The notes beneath the pieces were generated by a model. It did no database searches, was not told the DNA's origin, and saw only the letters and a program-made list of their open reading frames with translations. Shown here one piece after another: positions 49,794-53,114 of a stretch of DNA of 53,114 bases. How positions within the stretch are numbered: position 1 is the stretch's first letter; each line of letters opens with the position of its first letter. The position numbers were made by a program, and so were the translations under genes. This stretch comes from a candidate division WOR-3 bacterium (GTDB taxonomy: Bacteria; Hydrothermota; Tepidihabitantia; SM23-42; JAOAFX01): assembly GCA_037444665.1 (NCBI GenBank), contig JBBILZ010000009.1:1-53114 (forward strand), written 5' to 3'.

Positions 49794-50780
49794 ATGTATA
49801 TTCCACAACATCCCATTCTTTGTAAAAAAAGAATATATACCTTACTCATCATCTCATTAATCTCTGCAGCACTCACAGTCATTTCCTGTGCCATATTTAC
49901 TGGCACATCAGGGCTTGTAGAGGTCGGTGCAATTTATGGTTTTGTAACTGACCAGGAATATACGCCAATTGAAGGTGTAGAGATTACAATTGCGGGCGAA
50001 GTTCAGGTGCTCGGCATCACAAACTCTGCGGGTTATTATATCATCTCTGACTTAGCGCCGGGTGATTATAGTTTAATCTTTTCCCGTCCTGGTTTTGAGC
50101 CAAAGAGTGTTTCCTGTAATATAAAGGCAGGCGAAAAGATTGAACTTGACCAGATATTGAATAGGGTAGAGGCAAAAAAAGGCATTATTCGTGGTATTGT
50201 CCTTGATTATCTAACAAACGAACCCTTGGTTGCCCAGATAACCATCATAGAATTGAATCGCACAGTATTTTCAGATAACAAAGGCAATTTTGAATTCACA
50301 GATGTTCCAGCTGGAAAGTATCTTTTAAAGGTCCAGGCACTGGAATATGTGACATCCCAGACCGATGCCACAGTTACACCAGACAAACCTTCAGAGCAGA
50401 TTATTCGCATCTTTCGTGAGGGTTCTATCATCGTGCTTGAAGGTGTAGAATTTGAATTTAACAGTGCAAAATTAAAACCTGAATCATATCCCATTCTTGA
50501 TGATGCCGCAATGATTCTGACCAAGCATCCAGAAATAGATGTAGAAATCCAGGGACATACAGACAATATTGGTTCAGATGCATACAACAAAAAACTCTCC
50601 CAGAAAAGGGCAGAGGCAGTGCGCGATTATCTCATTGATAAACATATGATTGAGCCAGTGCGGCTCATACCTATTGGCTATGGTGAATCCTGCCCAGTCG
50701 CGGATAATGCTACAGAACAGGGCAGACAAAAGAATCGCCGTGTAGAATTCTTTATCCTGGAACACAAACCTGAAGAATAA
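49794..50780 (+). CDS. OmpA-family protein with two carboxypeptidase-regulatory-like domains
   Basis: IQGHTDNIGSDAYN..LSQKRAEAV, GYGE..P, NRRVEF. Confidence 0.9.
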   Translation: MYIPQHPILCKKRIYTLLIISLISAALTVISCAIFTGTSGLVEVGAIYGFVTDQEYTPIEGVEITIAGEVQVLGITNSAGYYIISDLAPGDYSLIFSRPGFEPKSVSCNIKAGEKIELDQILNRVEAKKGIIRGIVLDYLTNEPLVAQITIIELNRTVFSDNKGNFEFTDVPAGKYLLKVQALEYVTSQTDATVTPDKPSEQIIRIFREGSIIVLEGVEFEFNSAKLKPESYPILDDAAMILTKHPEIDVEIQGHTDNIGSDAYNKKLSQKRAEAVRDYLIDKHMIEPVRLIPIGYGESCPVADNATEQGRQKNRRVEFFILEHKPEE

Positions 50781-50853
50781 AATTTTTAAATTTATATGCA
50801 CTTAACGACTTGTATTTTACCATTTAGAAACAGTATGGTCAATAGAAACAGAA

Positions 50854-50893
50854 CAACCTCAGGTCCCGAAGCAATGCGAGGGAAAAGACCAAA
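50854..50893 (+). repeat. 40-bp direct repeat, copy 1 (copy 2 at 51609-51648)
   Basis: CAACCTCAGGTCCCGAAGCAATGCGAGGGAAAAGACCAAA, identical in both copies. Confidence 0.92.
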
Positions 50894-50946
50894 TATTCTT
50901 GACACGAGACATTATAAGTGTATAATATCTTATAAGGAGCACAAAA

Positions 50947-51207
50947 ATGGCTATTTATGAAGACGAACTTTTAAATCGCATTACCTTCAATCCTCAAATC
51001 TTTGGGGGTAAGCCAATTATTCGTGGAATGCGGATAGCAGTTGAGCACATCCTTGGTATGCTTGCCCAGGGTTCAACTGTGGAGGAATTACTTCAAGGCT
51101 ATCCATTCTTAGAAAAAGAAGACATCCAGGCGTGTCTTATATATGCACATCGTTTAGTGGCACACGAGAGAATAGAGCCAATTTTAATTAAAGATAGTGA
51201 GCAGTGA
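50947..51207 (+). CDS. DUF433 antitoxin-like protein
   Basis: RITFNPQIFGGKPIIRGMRI..YPFLEKEDIQACL.YA. Confidence 0.9.
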   Translation: MAIYEDELLNRITFNPQIFGGKPIIRGMRIAVEHILGMLAQGSTVEELLQGYPFLEKEDIQACLIYAHRLVAHERIEPILIKDSEQ

Positions 51208-51554
51208 AATTCTTACTGGATAGTTGTATCTCTATTTTTGCCCTCAATGAACTTAAAAAAGCAGGATTTGAAGCAATTTGGGTTCCCGAATTAGGTAAAG
51301 ACCCTGGTGATGAAATCATTCTTAAAAAGGCTTTTGAAGAAGATTATGTGTTGATTACTGCAGACAAAGATTTTGGTGACTTAATATATGTCTTAGGTAT
51401 GCCTCATCCAGCAGTTATACGGTTGGTCAATGTTCCAGTAAAAGAACAGGGGAAAATTCTATTACAAATAATTGAGAAACATAAGGTTGATATTGAAAAC
51501 AAAGCCATAATAAGCGCGGATCGGTTCAGAATAAGAATACGACCATCAATATAA
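51204..51554 (+). CDS. DUF5615 PIN-like toxin
   Basis: MKFLLD, D..IL..A...LITADKDFG; coupled to DUF433. Confidence 0.88.
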   Translation: MKFLLDSCISIFALNELKKAGFEAIWVPELGKDPGDEIILKKAFEEDYVLITADKDFGDLIYVLGMPHPAVIRLVNVPVKEQGKILLQIIEKHKVDIENKAIISADRFRIRIRPSI

Positions 51555-51608
51555 TGAAATCCAAAGGACCAACAGCAACCTCTATCCTTCAAGACAAACC
51601 AGACAGAC

Positions 51609-51648
51609 CAACCTCAGGTCCCGAAGCAATGCGAGGGAAAAGACCAAA
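51609..51648 (+). repeat. 40-bp direct repeat, copy 2
   Basis: Identical to 50854-50893. Confidence 0.92.
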
Positions 51649-51734
51649 AAGATGCAGTATCGCTTTGCTTGCAGTATCGTCCCGACAAAAAACTCGGGAC
51701 TTGCTGCGATTATGAATAAACTAAAAAGACTAAA

Positions 51735-52133
51735 ATGAAAATCACGCGCTTTGAAGACCTGAAAGTCTGGAAACTATCGCACAAACTTTCACTTGATGTA
51801 GCAAAACTTGTAAAATCATTTCCCCTGCATGAAAAATACGACTTGAGTGGTCAGATGCGTAGATCTGCCAGGAGTATTCCATCAGATATTGCCGAAGGTT
51901 TTGGGCGATTTCATTTTAATGACAAATTAACTTTCTATGAACGTTCTCGTGCTTCACTTTGTGAGTTGCGGAACCATTTTGTTGAGGCACTGAAAAACAA
52001 TTATATTAGTGTTGAGACCTTCAATACTTATACCAAACAGATGAATGAAATAGGGTATTTGTTAAATCGGATGATTAAGAATATTCAAAAAGCGCGTTCT
52101 AATTATGAGGCCAATCGCAAAGCGAGAAGGTAG
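51735..52133 (+). CDS. Four-helix-bundle protein (23S rRNA IVP / TIGR02436-like)
   Basis: RFEDLKVWK, FPLHEKYDLSGQMRRSARSIPSDIAEGFGR, RASLCEL. Confidence 0.92.
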   Translation: MKITRFEDLKVWKLSHKLSLDVAKLVKSFPLHEKYDLSGQMRRSARSIPSDIAEGFGRFHFNDKLTFYERSRASLCELRNHFVEALKNNYISVETFNTYTKQMNEIGYLLNRMIKNIQKARSNYEANRKARR

Positions 52134-52139
52134 AATGCC

Positions 52140-52418
52140 AGTGCTTTGCACTAACTTCCATTCGCCTCTGGCGAATCCCTTCCAGTGCTCTGCACTAACT
52201 TCCAGACGAAGTCTCCTATTCAGATGCGGTCTCCCTTCCAGTTCCGTAGGAACTCCCTTCCAATCGCCTCTGGCGAATCCCTTCCAGTGCTCCGCACTAA
52301 CTTCCAGACGAAGTCTCCTATTCAGATGCGGTCTCCCTTCCAGTTCCGTAGGAACTCCCTTCCAATCGCCTCTGGCGAATCCCTTCCAGTGCTCCGCACT
52401 AACTTCCAGACGAAGTCT
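52140..52418. repeat. Array of 14 triloop mini-hairpins joined by 7-nt linkers; 102-bp higher-order period
   Basis: Five hairpin types separated by CCCTTCC, AACTTCC or CCTATTC. Confidence 0.9.
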
Positions 52419-52424
52419 CCTAAC

Positions 52425-53114
52425 ATGATTCTTCTCACTGGCTGTGCCGGCTTTATCGGCTACAAAACCTGCGAATTTTTATTAAAAGAAGGGCATACAG
52501 TCATTGGCATTGATAATCTCAATGATTATTATGATGTCCGACTAAAGCAATGGCGACTTGCTCAACTTAAAAAACTTTCCTGTCATCCTGAACTTGATTC
52601 AGGAACTCATCACAATCTATTCATCTTCCACGAACTTGACATAGAAAACTACTCTGCTCTTAAGCATTTATTCAAAAAATACTCCGATGCCGCGACGCTC
52701 CGTCCCTCCTTCAACGCCGTTATCAATCTTGCTGCCCGTGCTGGTGTGCGATACAGTATGGTCAATCCATATATCTACTACACCACCAATGTCATTGGTA
52801 ATCTGAATCTGCTTGAACTCTGCCGTGAATTTCACATCCCAAAATATGTCTTTGCCTCAACATCCTCGCTATATGCAGGACAAAGAATGCCATTTAGAGA
52901 GACCCTACCGGTCAATGAACCCATCTCACCCTATGCTGCTTCAAAAAAATCTGCTGAGGTCACCTGTTATACATATCACAAACTTTATGGCTTGGATATC
53001 ACAATTGTCCGCTATTTTACTGTTTATGGACCTGCGGGCAGGCCAGATATGAGTGTGTTCCGTTTTATAAAATGGATTGATGAGGGAAAGAATTTAATCT
53101 TATATGGTGATGGA
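52425..53114 (+). CDS. NAD-dependent epimerase (UDP-glucuronate 4-epimerase-like), truncated by window edge
   Basis: Manual translation: ILLTGCAGFIG, GIDNLNDYYD, NLAARAGVRYS, PYAASK, RYFTVYGPAGRPDM. Confidence 0.92.
   Translation, partial: MILLTGCAGFIGYKTCEFLLKEGHTVIGIDNLNDYYDVRLKQWRLAQLKKLSCHPELDSGTHHNLFIFHELDIENYSALKHLFKKYSDAATLRPSFNAVINLAARAGVRYSMVNPYIYYTTNVIGNLNLLELCREFHIPKYVFASTSSLYAGQRMPFRETLPVNEPISPYAASKKSAEVTCYTYHKLYGLDITIVRYFTVYGPAGRPDMSVFRFIKWIDEGKNLILYGDG

Noticed and set aside
42648..52133. Diversity-generating retroelement (Avd-like genes)
   Set aside because: No reverse transcriptase and no TR/VR pair with adenine-specific mismatches were seen
52140..52418. CRISPR array
   Set aside because: No 23-47 nt constant repeat with unique spacers; the variable parts themselves recur with a 102-bp period; no cas genes in the window
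52105..52428. 107-aa ORF with 34-aa repeats
   Set aside because: It is the translation of the DNA hairpin array; the structure is explained at nucleotide level and it overlaps real genes

Overview
AT-rich bacterial chromosomal segment. The FlgD-Ig/T9SS-like C-terminal domains and gene content suggest an FCB-superphylum-related lineage such as WOR-3; this is inference only. Housekeeping genes: argR (3' end), argG, a class III aminotransferase, argH, corA, purN, hdrC/hdrB-like genes fused into the rpsF-ssb-rpsR-rplI operon, a deoD-type phosphorylase, rubredoxin, hisS, ftsK, scpA, tRNA-Val(CAC) and tRNA-Thr(CGT). There are also secreted S8 and FG-GAP proteins, the start of a wza-wzc polysaccharide locus, a DUF433/DUF5615 toxin-antitoxin pair, two four-helix-bundle genes and many cyclic-nucleotide signalling genes. 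Three observations stand out. (1) Two adjacent class III cyclase domains are each catalytically incomplete in a complementary way, resembling a C1/C2 heterodimer; one is fused to a STAND-like ATPase-TPR and a HEAT-repeat gene follows. (2) Small repeats are abundant and include GTAG REPs, 6-9-mer tracts, triloop mini-hairpins nested inside other hairpins, in-frame inserts in genes, and a 14-hairpin array after a four-helix-bundle gene. (3) Sigma70-like promoters almost uniformly have a 16-bp spacer, and many genes appear leaderless. All calls were made by eye; no database search was run.
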